A DNA stretch of 63,395 nucleotides, counting the filler, from Octopus bimaculoides (lineage: Eukaryota), in NCBI RefSeq assembly GCF_001194135.2. It is 4 parts of 4 records of this genome, joined end to end, with 100 filler letters (N's around TTAATTAATTAA, not from the genome) between each part and the next. Parts side by side here need not be neighbours in the genome. Positions count along the whole stretch, not along the records: positions 37,194 to 61,919 come from NC_068987.1; 3 more parts are not named here. One strand, 5' to 3'. Below, piece by piece: positions 37,549 to 50,689 of this stretch (position 1 is its first letter; each line of letters opens with the position of its first letter). Under the pieces are notes generated by a model that was not told the origin of the DNA, did not search any database, and worked only from the letters and a program-made list of their open reading frames with translations. Both the position numbers and the translations under genes were made by a program.

Positions 37549-38658
37549 TCTGCACTTATTTCTGGTCTCTACAATCATTCTATATGGGTGTGGCCAAAAT
37601 GGGACACAAAGAACCATATAAAAACCCACAGCATTGTCTTTGTATATTTTGGAAGGGCAACAAGAGATTATGCTAAGAAACTTCCAGGAAAGACATCAGC
37701 CATCTGCTTTTGTATTAGTTATTCAAAGAGAGGTGTAAAAACTTGCTTTGCACAACATGGAAACAAATCACCATTCACAGAGAAATCTATTCCTCACACT
37801 CAATGTCATATTAAACGTTATGCCAAAATCGAGAAGATTCGTGAAGACTTAGCTTTGCAGTCACTACAGAATGGCAAGCTGATTCAAAAAGAAGAGAATG
37901 TTATACTAGACATTGATGAAGAATATATCGGTTATGAACTCTCTTTTGCTCCACTTCTTGCTACAGGTTTGACTGTAGCTAATATAACATCTATAAACAG
38001 AGAAGTTCAGCGAATAATATGCCCAAAAGTAATGAAAGATGAAACAAAAGCAGACAATGTTTTGTCTAAGATAATCTTTGAAATTTCCAAACGACGACGG
38101 CATTTTTGTATGAAAAAGAAGCCAGAAAATTGTTCCAAATTTCCCATGAGCCACAATTTCTCATCTGTTATACATATGTTTACTAAACCTTTGTCATCAC
38201 TGTCTCCTGCCCTGTCTTGTAAGAAAAAAGTTGCTACAAAGTATTTAGAAAAATTTGCTGTAAAGTTAGCATCATTGAAAGAGAAACAGTTACTCGCCAT
38301 ACGTGAAGTTGGCTTTTGTTTTACTCCACTTCCTAAGCCACTGAATTGGGAATACCACTTTCAGCTTTGTCTTGGTGGGAGTATTTTGAATAACAGTATT
38401 CGGCATCTTCATTCATTACAACAACAGGAAGTCTTTTCCCGTATTGAATTCTTTAAGAAATTCATGTCTGAAGCTAAGTTTCGACCAAGATTAATAACTC
38501 TGGCCAGGTCTCTTCGGAGTGGCTTTACACCTCGTAAATATTTTCGTAAAATTGAGCGAGAAATTCTCAGCAGTTTTCATGTTTTTCACTCTAAACTACA
38601 TGTTCACTATGACAGTAGTTTACTTGGTGGCAAGTTTGGTTGGCCTAAACGTCATTGA
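37549..38658 (+). CDS. Terminal coding exon (369 aa) of an uncharacterised protein, tentatively UPF0489/C5orf22-like
   Basis: The polypyrimidine tract plus TTTACAG acceptor at 37548 is in frame with the 356-aa ORF, giving SALISGLYNHSIWVWPKWD... No stops over 1110 nt in AT-rich DNA and no TE motifs. The IWVWP.W and VILDIDEEY motifs resemble my recollection of UPF0489 proteins. Confidence 0.7.
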   Translation, partial: SALISGLYNHSIWVWPKWDTKNHIKTHSIVFVYFGRATRDYAKKLPGKTSAICFCISYSKRGVKTCFAQHGNKSPFTEKSIPHTQCHIKRYAKIEKIREDLALQSLQNGKLIQKEENVILDIDEEYIGYELSFAPLLATGLTVANITSINREVQRIICPKVMKDETKADNVLSKIIFEISKRRRHFCMKKKPENCSKFPMSHNFSSVIHMFTKPLSSLSPALSCKKKVATKYLEKFAVKLASLKEKQLLAIREVGFCFTPLPKPLNWEYHFQLCLGGSILNNSIRHLHSLQQQEVFSRIEFFKKFMSEAKFRPRLITLARSLRSGFTPRKYFRKIEREILSSFHVFHSKLHVHYDSSLLGGKFGWPKRH

Positions 38659-39707
38659 CAAACTGTAACAGTCCGCCTTCATTAAAAAGTTTGACAGAAT
38701 GACATGTAGCAGTCATGTATGAATGTATTCATGATTTAATTTTGTTTTTGTTTGGAAAATTTAGTTTAGTTTATGATTTGGGTTTTCCATAGTTAATTAA
38801 TTTATCATTTGATACCACTTTTTAAAAGTTTTTTTTTGTTGCAGAAATGCTTTTAACATTTTTTTAAAAACAAATTAATTAACAGCAAACATCATTCACT
38901 AATGATTAGACAAAACATCTCAATAGTTTTCCAAATTAATAACCTCTCTTCCTTTGATCTCCCTAGCCATTACATGACGGATAAATTTACAGTTATTCAC
39001 ATTGTAGCCACGTCAACTGACAATGTGTGCACTGTCTTACTCTTCATTTCAAATAAGTTCACTTTGTATATAATAGTTGAATGACATTGGTTGCTGAAGT
39101 CATGGTCATGACTTGTTTTTAATTACTTATCATTGATATTATAAATTAAAATAATTTTTCTTTTCAAAAGCTTATGTAAATATATATTCTGCTTCTACAT
39201 TTACCAAGGTATGGTAAATAAATCTCATTTTCCCTATCTCTTGTTTGTAAGAGCATAAATTATATTACATAAATGAACTGATATAGCAAAAAACCAGGTT
39301 AAAATTGTGTGTTACTAGGTTTCTTACCTTTTATTCCCCAATCCTTGCGAACATATTGAAATATTTATTTAATTTTTTTTTTATTATATATGTAAGTTTT
39401 GTTGAGACATTTTTTCTGTTCTATACTAAAATATTTTTAGTGTACATAAAAACTTAATTCCAACTTACTATCACAACTACTAATAATAATACTAACAACA
39501 ATATTTCATCTCATATTAACAACGAAAATCCTTATATTTCCATTGTAAATATTCATTTGTTAATTTCCATATTTAATAAACCTTCAAAAATCTGTACATT
39601 TTAAAACTTTCAATGGTGTATCTTTGGCAGTTGAAGTATTGTTTCATTACTTCTTTCTTTTCTTAAATATCTGACTGGGTGTGTATATATTATATATATA
39701 TAAACTT

Positions 39708-39820
39708 CTCATACAAGAATGTTGTTGACAGTGATTTCGAAGTTTCAGCCAGTTATGCCATCATTGGACTTAGATGGCTCAAACTTCAAAGTCACTGTCA
39801 ACAACATTCTTTTATAAGAG
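39708..39820 (+). other. Long imperfect hairpin (~45-bp arms, 23-nt loop) just 5' of AATAAA
   Basis: AAGAATGTTGTTGACAGTGATTTCGAAGTTTCAGCCA pairs with TGGCTCAAACTTCAAAGTCACTGTCAACAACATTCTT; AATAAA follows at ~39823. Confidence 0.75.
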
Positions 39821-40595
39821 TAATAAATTTGTACTCTACAAAAGTATAGAGTAACCCATCAGATTAATGTCAAATTGTTTTTATTATAACTGAACATAAA
39901 GCAAACATTAATATATATATATATANNNNNNNNNNAAGGAATTAATCTTAAGCTCTGTACAGTAAGCATTCCATTATTCCCAGAAAGGTCTTTATTTGTG
40001 ATAACATTTCAATCATCCTAGTATTATTTCTTTGTTTGTTTGTTTTATTTGTTATTGTCACCTAATGTAAAGTATTTAGTTATGTATTTTTTACTATGCA
40101 CAGTTTTTTTTTTTTTATCTATTTTCATTTCATGCAAATGTCAATTAAAAAACGTTATTTGTTAAACGCTATTTTCATTGAAAAAATAAAAACAAAATTA
40201 TAAAAGAAAATAATTGCTAAAAATGTTTTCTTTTCTCAATTTTATACTTAAAATAATTTTTCTATCAATTTTCATAGTTTCTATGATGCTTTTTAGAACT
40301 TCCAAGCAATGTTTCAAATTTGAAAGGACAAAAGAAAAACAAAATTACTTTATTTTTATGATTAACTTATGATGAATATTTAAAAAAATTAACCATTAAT
40401 TTTCTTTTATATTAATTATTATTTTACTAGAACATTGAAAAAAAAACAACAAAATTTATATTCAAATATATCTCACAATGGACATTTCTCTTATTAGCTC
40501 TAAATTGTTTAATTAAAACGACAGAACAATGTTATTTTCTTATGTTCAAAATATTGCGACAACTATTCTTTAATATTAAAAATTTCTTCAAAGTT

Positions 40596-41615
40596 AAATC
40601 CTTTTGATACCAACTTGCCTGAGACAGTTCTTGGTTCTATGATACAAGTAACCTGTTAAGTGGTCTGACATTAAAAAGAAAAAAAAAGTAACTTACTCTT
40701 TTACTCTTGTTTCAGTCATTTGACTGCGGCCATGCTGGAGCACCGCCTTTAGTCGAGCAAATCAACCCTAGGATTTATTTTTTGTAAGCCTAGTACTTAT
40801 TCTATCGGTCTCTTTTGCCAAACCACTAAGTTATGGGGACGTAAACACACCAGCATTGGTTGTCAAGTGATGTTGGGGGGACAAACACACACATATATAT
40901 ATATGCATATATATACATACGTCAGGCTTCTTTCAGTTTCCGTCTACCAAATCCACTCACAAGGCTTTGGTCAGCCCGAGGCTATAGTAGAAGAAACTTG
41001 CCCAAGGTGCCACGCAGTGGGACTGAACCCGGAACCATGTAAGCAAGCTACTTACCACACAGCCACTCCTGCACCTTGTTTATATTATCATTTTATTACA
41101 TATTTTATAAATACTTAGTCTTATTTTCCATATTTAACCTTTTTCTTACTATCACCATATTTCTGTTGAAATCCACTACCTTTGTTTTAATTCATTTTGA
41201 AAATATTGAAGAATTTAGTAAAGTAACTTTGTCATTATTAAGCTTGTATTTGGAATGTTAACATCAAGTTTTGATGAAAGTAAGTTCAATTTAGATTGTT
41301 TTAAAACAGTAATTTGTATGATAGAACCAAGGCTGGTCTCAGATGGTTTACTATCAAAAGGATAACATGGTTATAGTATACAAAGAAGGATAACAGGATA
41401 ACACTGTTAATAGGAGAGGTTAGGAAGTTAGAGGAGGAGGATGAAACTCTTTCACACTTTTTCATTGTTTCAATTTTTTCATTTTTTCATCTTCTCTTGT
41501 CTTGTTCTTTTAACTTAACTACAATGTTTTGTTGTCCTACTCCCCCTTTAACTTTCTAACCTCTCCTACTAATGGTGTTACCCTGCTATCTTTCTTTTTG
41601 TAGTATCAAAAGGAT
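40596..41615. mobile_element. Non-autonomous piggyBac-like/MITE composite with an inserted SINE
   Basis: Ends ATCCTTTTGATAC at 40598 and (G/C)TATCAAAAGGAT at ~41350 and ~41605; inner inverted repeat 41395-41440 / 41545-41590. Confidence 0.55.
40695..41075 (-). mobile_element. tRNA-derived SINE (family A)
   Basis: Near-identical to 6388-6773. Confidence 0.85.
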
Positions 41616-43199
41616 TGAATAACTCTTTCAAAGAAATATCAGACTTTACCTGAGCATTTAGAGTTTCTTTTTTATAATGTGGATATTTGCATGTTTCTGA
41701 AGAACATATTTTTACAACAGAATTTCTGTTCTGTTATTAACCAGCCATCCAATACACCAGTTAGACATGAACATTGTTGGCTCAACTGGCATGTTGTGTG
41801 TCTTGTCCAGGGGAAAAATACATAGATGTAGTTTTGTTTTAATTTCAGACCATATGGTCATTGTCTGTTTGAAATATTGATTACAACAATATTTTAATGT
41901 TTTAATTTTCAATAGAGTGTGTATTTCTTGACCTCCATAAATAACATTCATTTTGAGCTGTTTGGCCAGAGCTGTCCACAACTACACAACAATTGTTTCA
42001 TAAATGCAATACTGAATATCTTGATACAGTGATTTAATGTGGGGTGAGCTAATAGAATTCTTAGCACATTGGACAAAATGCTTAGCAGCATTTCTTCTAG
42101 CTCTTTACAGTCAAATCCCACTGAAGTCTTTGACTATTATCCTATCATTCAACTAATATGAGTCAATATAATTGACTTGTTGCCTCATTGATTTGTGCCA
42201 AAATTCTAAATATTATTCAAGAGTTAGTTTCATCCATCTTATTCTCAAGTTGAGCCTAATAGATTCATATTAACCTCAACTTTATCACTTTTCAAAAATT
42301 TTTTGTGAAGCAAATTTTGGCACTTAATTTATGAGAACCAATCCATGATGTCATTCTGTATGTTGTAGATAGATTTCAACTATCTGATAAATGACTTTTA
42401 AAACAACCACCACACTGTAATCAGCTGAATATTTCTATTATAATAAGCTTGGTTATATGTTGATAATTACATATCTTTTTTTTCATTGTGTGTTCTTTGT
42501 ATTTTCCGTGTTTTATCAATGTTGTGTTTATTTAATAATAAAGAATGTGTAAAAAGAAATTGTAATGAAGTGTGCTATCATCCTTTCAACCAATTCTCAT
42601 AGTTAACAATTTATTGAACATTTTCCCAGCTGGGGTGAACATGTAACTTGCAGAGAAAAGAGACCTGTTCCTGTCCCTCTGTTATACTTTAACCACTACC
42701 CTCTCTACTCACTGCAGCCACCCCCTCAGTCAAAAGGTCTTGTGAGTTACTCACTAGTGCCAGTGCCACAAAAAAAAAAGAAAAACATCCAGTACATTCA
42801 GTAAAATGGTTGGCATTAGGAAGGGTATCCAGCTGTAGAGGCCATGCTAAAGCAAATATTGGAGTTCGCAACAGTCTTCTGGTTCATCAGATCTGTTAAA
42901 GCATCCAATGCATTAATGGATTTTACATGATGATGATGATAATGATTATCAGAATATATAATAATACTAAATAAAATTGTTGATCTCTTTAAAGACAATT
43001 GTAAAATTATAATGTTAACAATTTACATTTGTTACTGTTACTTTATTCTTTTACTCATCTCAATCATTGGACTGCAGCCCTGTTCGGTCACTGTCCTTCT
43101 ACATTACATTGGCCCCAGTACTTTGTCTGGTTATTATTTTATTAAATTTGAAAGGAGGAAAGATGAAGTCATCTAAGTAGGATCTTTATTTCAGAACAT

Positions 43200-44500
43200 A
43201 ATGACTTAGGAAGGGAATTAGTGTAGATGAGATGCAGTTTAGATTTGTGCCAGATAGAAGTACCACTGATGCTATCTTCCTGTTGAGGCAATTACAGAAA
43301 TATTTAACCAGAAATAAACCTCTGTACTTGGCTTTTGTCAACATGGAGAAAGCTTTTGACAGGATCCCTCACTCCCTTAACTAGTGGTCAATGTGGAAGC
43401 TAGGGATAGATGAGTGGTTAGTGAGAGCTGTACAAGTCCTGTATAGGGGTACTGCCAGTAAAGTGAAGGTTGGCAACGAGTATAGCAATGAATTCAGTGT
43501 ACAGGTAGGAGTTCATAAAGCAATTCTCGGCCCCTTCTTGTTATCTCAGCCCTCCAGACCTTAACAGAAGAATTCTAGACAAGCTGTGCCTGGGAGCTCC
43601 TCTACGTTGATGACTTTGTTCTTATAGTTGAATCACTACCTGACCTAGATAAGAAATTCCAGGTGTGGAAGCAAGCCTGGAATCTAAATAAAGTCTTAGT
43701 AAGTAGGAAAACAGACAAATCACAAGTCCCTTCAGAGAGGGCCCTGCTTGATATGTAAGAAGGGTGTTGGTAGAAATGCCATACATTGTACCCAATGCAA
43801 ACTTTGGACACATAAGTGTAGTGGCATCACAGGAAAGTTAACAGAAAATTGTGCATGGTAAATGTGCAGGTACAATAAGCACTAAAAACGCACAGACAAT
43901 AGACTTCCTCAAATGCTCAGAGAGATCATTAGAAGCAGTCGATAGCTTTAGTTACCTAAGTGACCAAGTTAGCAGTGGGGGAAGTTCTGGAAGTGCAGTT
44001 GCTAGAATAAGAACAGGCTGGGCAGAGTTCAGAGAGCTTCTGCCTTTGTTGGTAACAAAGGGCCTCTCTCTGAGAGTGAAAGGTAGATTTATGATGCCTG
44101 TGTATATACAGCTATGTTACATGGCAGTGAAACATGGGCTTTGACTACAGAAGGCTTGAAAGAAATGAAGCTAGCATGCTCTGCTGGATGGGTAGTGTCA
44201 GTGTGCATGCACGACAGTGGAAATGATTTAAGAGGAAAACTGGGTATAAGAGGCATTAGATGTATGCAAGAGAGGAGACTGCACTGGTTTGGTCATGTGA
44301 TGTGTATGGATGAGAACAGCTGCATAAAGAAGTGCCAACCTCTAATTGTGGAGGGAAGGGGTAGACCCAGGAAGACATAGGATGAAGTGGTAAGAAAGGA
44401 TCTTCAGATGCTGGGCTTCACTGAGGAAATGATAAGGGACTGAGAGATATGGTGACTTACTGTATTTGATATGTCAAGCTAAGTAAAATTGCTGTTGTCC
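43200..44500 (+). mobile_element. Decayed RTE LINE (RT to 3' end)
   Basis: LAFVNMEKAFD, WAEFRELLPLL, MLHGSETW, ERRLHWFGHV, GRPRKT. Confidence 0.85.
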
Positions 44501-45169
44501 ATACATACAGACTTGTCTTTTACAGGTGCTGGTGTCACATAAAATGCACTCCTACTGGTGCTGCATAAATGCACCCAACACACTTTGTAAGGAAGGGCAT
44601 CCAACTGTAGAAACCATGCTGCAACAGACAATTGGAGTCTGACCAGCTCCTGTTGAACTGTCCAACCTATACCAGCATGGAAATCAGATGTTTGATGATG
44701 ATGATGATGGTGTAATGGGAAATAACTAAATGCCACAAGGAACTTTCTCTAATGTTCAACTGATTCTGCCATCCGTTTGCAGTTATATATACATAGGATA
44801 TTAACATACATTTATAAGTACATACATACTTATATAAACGGATACATGCATGCATATATATGTATACATATGTGCATATTTATATACATAAATACATACA
44901 TACATACATCACTTTACGTCCATTTTTCCAAACTTGCATGATAAAACACAGCATCCCACCACTTACTGTGTTCCTTTATTATTTCTTTTGTGAGATTCAT
45001 CACCATGGAATTAAGTTTTATCATTTCCACCCCTGTCTTGCTTGGTCTTTCTTTTTCATTGGAACCTCCCACTTAGATCTCCTGTCAATTCTTTACCCAT
45101 CTGTTATCCATACAGATTGCATGTCTGTACTGGCAAACTTGCTTTTTTTTACTCTCTATGACTGATTCC

Positions 45170-45485
45170 TCTTATACTTAATTTTCTTCTCAGTCCATCT
45201 GTACCACAATGTTTATCCAAACTAACATTGCAGGTCATGCTTGTTTCATTTCTTTCCAACCTGTGCACATCATTTGCATTCACTGCCTATGTGTCACTAC
45301 CATATAATATCATAGTTCGTACACAAGCACCATACAATCTGTCCTTCACTGGAAAAGAGAATCTCCTTGTTATCAGTAGAGGTAGTAACTCTCTGAAGTT
45401 TTACCACCTTGTTCTTATTCTAGCTACCATGCTTTCAAAGCATCCTTCTCTACTACTGGTGAGGTTGCCTAGGTAACAGAAGCTA
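45170..45485 (-). mobile_element. RTE LINE fragment, antisense
   Basis: The reverse strand reads like RIRTRW*NFRELLPL..LYGSDT..NETSM, the same region as other RTE copies. Confidence 0.65.
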
Positions 45486-45499
45486 ACAACCACACACCA

Positions 45500-45960
45500 T
45501 GCACCAATCCTGCATTCATTCTGTGAACAAAGACCCAAAGAGCTTCCTCCATGACAACCTCATCTTTTAACAACATATAAAGAAAGAGCCACTGCACAGC
45601 ACACCTTTAAACATGTGCAGCATTGAACTAGAGCCTTCACAATCACTCCAAATACTGGGCTTCACTATCACCAAGGATCTCACCTGGAGAAAGCACATCT
45701 TTAACATACCTAGGACAGCATTTCAAAGACTAGCCCTTATCTTTAGAATGAAAAAAATATTTCATCCCCTAATAACTGCTAACATTCTAAAAGGTTCAAG
45801 CGAAGCTCACAACAGGGTATTGCTGCTATTCACACTGATATCCTGGACTAGATCCAGAGAAGGGCCACTGCACAACACTCAGCCTCTAAACATCTGGAAG
45901 TTTATTATATTAGTTTTATTCATCACAAGCTTTTTCTTCTACTACTTTATAAATAAACCT
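45500..45960 (+). mobile_element. CR1/Jockey-superfamily LINE remnant (post-RT region)
   Basis: SLQILGFTITKDLTWRKHIFNI...AFQRLALI resembles the LG(V/I)T...L.W..HI motif downstream of non-LTR RT domains. Confidence 0.55.
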
Positions 45961-47069
45961 CCAGATTTTTGCAGTAACTGGATAATAATATAATTTAAGG
46001 GCATGTATATTGAAAGATAAGGATACAAGAAAGGTAAGTGACTGGTTGTTCTGTCAGAATTACCAAGGCTGTAATTGGCACAAATCTAATATATAAACTG
46101 GGGCTCATCATTTTATATTGTTTCTTTATCACAGCATGTATTGAAGTTGCAATATTTGGATGTGTGGATCTTCTTTGGGTTTTCCAGTTTCTACATGTTA
46201 TAAGACTGATTTTATTTCTGTGGATTGTTTCCACAGTGGGGCTTCTATTAATTTTTTCAAACTATTTTAAGAATTAAAGAATTTCAAAAAGAAAGATAAT
46301 GTATTATTATCTTAGGTAATAGTTTCAAATGAAATAAACTGCATTCACATACAGTTTATATAAATTGACCAGATAAGAAAAACTAAAGTAGAGAACTGGT
46401 GTGTAACAAGGAAGACTTTTTATGTATTAGAAAATAATTTGTTACATTAACAGGAAAAGTATTTATGCAATACACTTAATGGAAACATTCAGATGAAACA
46501 GCATAATATGACACATGCAAAAAATCTTTGTTAGAAACTCGACAGTTGGGCTTGTTTTTACATATCAAATACATATTCAATGCTGTGGTGTGTCTTCTTG
46601 ATCACTTGTACCTGTAGGCCTCACTTGTAGAAAGTTGTACTCAGACCACCAAACTATCTATGTGAACAACAGCCGTTCATTTGATAAAATCTTGAGTGTG
46701 AACATGAATCAATTGTGATTTCTATGTGGCAAAACATGGGATTGAATCCGGTGCTCTGTCAGCCCTTCTGCAGACATGTGAGGAAAACAAGGAGGTAATA
46801 AAGAAGAAAAATATTCAGGTACAATGAGAAAAAATAACATGAACAATAGGAAAATATAAATGCAAAATGTGCATTTAACAAATAAAAGACAATTGTCCAT
46901 GGAAAAAAGTTCACAGCAGAGTTCATATTGGATGTTAAGTTCAACAGTTAATGTTACTGAAAATGTTTGTCTTTTCCCTGCCTGTTTTTCTCTTCTTAAA
47001 GTTAACTAAAAATAATAAGTGTGTGTATATTTTGTCAGCCAATGAACCCTTATGCCACGTCATACAATT

Positions 47070-47760
47070 TTGTCAGAAGTAGGTGTATTGACAAGTGTAT
47101 TGGTAGTGGATGATGTGTCGTGTATGCATAAGAAGTGAGGATGTGGTAGGAAAAAAAGTAGGATGTTGTTGACAGAGATATGCATCAATAAAAGCCTGCT
47201 TCCATGAATTGATGTTAACTGCCTGATGTTTCTTGTGAATGTCCAACACCATGAACTTGGGTTTTACTTTCAATATGTGATATGGGCCAGTATACAATGT
47301 TTGCAATGGATGTTTGTGTCATTGCATATAAATACATGCATCCATATATGAATATCTGATGAAACAGAAGACTTGATTGATTGTGGTCTCATTGTCAATG
47401 GGGGTAACTCCATCATGTATCTACGCAATTGATGGACATAATCTGCTGGATCAAAATGTTGATTGGCTGAAGCTGTATCTAAAACCATTTGATAAGGCAG
47501 AGTAAGGGGCGAACTGTAAAGTAGTTCTGCTGGTGAATATCCCAGGCTGTCCTTAACAGCGAACTGTTAATAAAACAACAGGTAAAACCAACAGTCTGAA
47601 TTGGAATAAGCTTGAAGAGCTGCTTTCAATTGGTGATGAAAATGCTCTATCTTTCCATTAGACATGGAGTGATAAGCCATAGTGTGGATTCGCCTGGTGC
47701 CTAGGAAGTTAGAAAAGTTGGAAAATAGGCATAGAGCTCTTTCATTTGAACACAACTATT
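47070..47760 (-). mobile_element. Gypsy/Ty3 integrase remnant
   Basis: RIHTMAYHSMSNGKIEHFHHQLKAAL (cf. TAYHPQSNG..ERF) and YTGPYHIL (GPY/F motif). Confidence 0.8.
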
Positions 47761-48216
47761 GTGTAGTTTTCTTTTACTATTATTTTGATTCAGTTTTTGG
47801 AATTACCATTTTTTTCATCACTTAATGTCGCACTACTTCTTTCCTGGTGAATATTTTTTTAACAAAGTTTTCATCAAAAGATTCTTCTTAATGAGCACAT
47901 TCTTTTAAACCTAATTAATTTATAATTTTCTTTTAAAATACAGATATTTTGATTCAAAGGAACTCTCCCATTTTTGAACTTACATATTTTGATCTAACTT
48001 TTTCTCTGATGAACCAAATTTCAATTATTTTATCTCCAAATGTAGCTTAGGACTGGACCATCGTTGCTAAAAAAATGCATTCAATTTGGTCAAGAACTGA
48101 ATTAGTGATGAAGCCTAGAAATGCTTGCAAGTGATTAAAAGTTGACATTACGTATATATTCACCCAGGGTAGTGGGTGAATGATTTACACACACATATGC
48201 ACACACACACATGCAC

Positions 48217-48283
<67 letters not shown>

Positions 48284-48494
48284 TATATCTTTTCCAACGT
48301 AGAAAATGGACATCATATGATGTTGAAGGGGAGAATGAAATATATATATATATATATATATATAATGATTGTATGCACTGAGGGAGAAAAATATTATCAA
48401 TTGGTTGAAATTGCCCTTTATTTTCATCATTGCAATGTAAGATATAACATGGTACTTGACCTACTAGAAACAGTAGCCAAGTCTTAAAAACTTA

Positions 48495-48855
48495 GATCCC
48501 TTTGTTGAAATATACTGCCTTTGTTTCTATTAATTTTGAAAATAATGAATAATTTAGTAAGGTCATTATTAAGCTGGTGTTGTAACATAAATTAACATGA
48601 AATTTTGATGGAAGTTTTTAATTTAGGTCTCTTTATCCCTTTTGTTGTCATATTTTTGTTGAAATACACTGCCTTTGATTGAATTTTGAAAATAACGAAG
48701 AGTTTAATAGAATACTTTTGCCATTATGAAGCTGGTGTTTGTAACATAAACAAACAAAATTTTAAAGGAAAGTTTTAATTTAAATCACTTCTAAAACAGA
48801 AAGTTTATTATAGAACCAAGGCATTCTTTGGCTGGTTGGTATCAAAAGGGTTAAA
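48495..48855 (+). mobile_element. piggyBac-like MITE with internal ~150-bp duplication
   Basis: Ends GGTATCAAAAGGGTTAA; two direct copies of TTTGTTGAAATA.ACTGCCTTTG..AAGCTGGTGTT; related to 41160-41360. Confidence 0.6.
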
Positions 48856-49217
48856 TGTATAGTGTAAAAGACATATAAAAAAGGATATAAAACTGTATTT
48901 ATATAAATTTTATATTTTTCTTCTCTTTATACCCTACCATCACAGTTACATTACATAAGGGAAAACCTGTTTGAACAATAAACCATTAGATAAAAGAAAG
49001 GAATTAAAAATGAATAACCTGCTTTGTTATTTTTTACCATTATCGTTTACTTATTTCCCAATTGTTGGTCAGTGTTTTAAGAGGCTATTCAGGTCACTAA
49101 TCCACAATCCTGCTTTGTGTTTTGATTGAAGTTGATATTTTTCTCACCATTGAAAGCCACAGCACTTCATTTCTGCTTCCTGCATATATATGAGTCAATG
49201 AGTGAGGTGATACATGT

Positions 49218-49252
<35 letters not shown>

Positions 49253-49652
49253 ATACAAAAAGAGATGACAGAGGAAAAACAAAGGTTATGTTATGAACTT
49301 TATTAGCTTATTGTCGTTTCTGCTATAAGTTACAGAGGACTCTTAGTTGAATGCCTGGATAAGATCCTATAGTTTCATCAGAACCTCGAATATGAAGTTC
49401 AATTTATTGGGAAAAAAAGAATTACATTTTCAGAGTATAGAGGGAAAACATTACCAATGAGAAAGTTATTGCTAATGTATATGGAAAAGTGTGTCCAAAA
49501 GGCAGTTAGATTTGCTAGAAGAAAAAGTAGAAAAAAATCAGAAAAATATATTTATACATAAGCATGCGCAAGTGCTTGAAAAAACATGTATGCAAACACA
49601 GAACCACACACACACAGAGTGCAAAGATACACAGACGTGCACACGCACACAT

Positions 49653-49699
<47 letters not shown>

Positions 49700-49868
49700 G
49701 AGACATGCAGAAATAAAAGATTGGTGCAAAGAGACAGGTAGATACATATGTACTGATAAACTGATGAGTGGAAGTAGCAGGAGGAGAACAAGAGAGTGTG
49801 AGGTCATAAAATTTATTTAAGAGATGAAGGAAGATTTTGGGACAATTGAACTATGTGGTGGTTAACTA

Positions 49869-49902
<34 letters not shown>

Positions 49903-50689
49903 ATGCACATGTCTGTGTGCACACCCCCACACACTTCCATGTGCTAATAGGAATTTCTACAACTTGAACAGATAGTGTATTGACATGTTCATACCCAATA
50001 TATCGGAGGAAAAGAAAGGAAACGGAGTACATACATATATATATACATAGATCCAGGCATACACATATATATACATATGTATAGATGTGTATGTATATGC
50101 ACAAAATGCACACATAAGTGCACTTGCGTGTTTACAAAACACAGGCACACTGATATACACATGAATATAACTATACATGATACGCATAGATACATACATG
50201 TAGCCACAGACCTAAACTGAGCTGCATAAAGATGCCTATCTATCAACATATATCCATTTTTATATCCCATTACCTATACTGGAAATCTCTCCTCTTTACC
50301 AGAAAGCTTCTCCCCAGTAGTCTCATCCACATTACTACATACACCAAAGTAAGACTGCATTACTTATTTAGTTAACAAACTGACTATTCTTTTCTCATTG
50401 TGGAAGATTGAAATGAGTGAGGAAAACTTGTGGAAACAGTCTTGGGGCATCCTGAGGGTCAACCTAGATAGATAAATATTCTTTTCTCTCTACTTATAAT
50501 GAATTAATCAATTCACTATTTTTTTTTATTTATGTATTTATGTTTGTATCAATAGTGTATATTAAACAATGCTTGTATTGCACTCATTCAATAGAAGCAG
50601 CAATTGTACCATGAATGGATGATGGTAGATTAATGCAAGGACAACTGATATGACAAGTCAGTTGGCAAATGTTCATTAAAATCTTCTTT

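Noticed and set aside
46100-46150. Minus-strand ATACATGCTGTGATAAA, one base from an IHCCDK Hakai motif
   Set aside because: Needs a frameshift, and the following sequence lacks C..PI.IYGRM and splice sites
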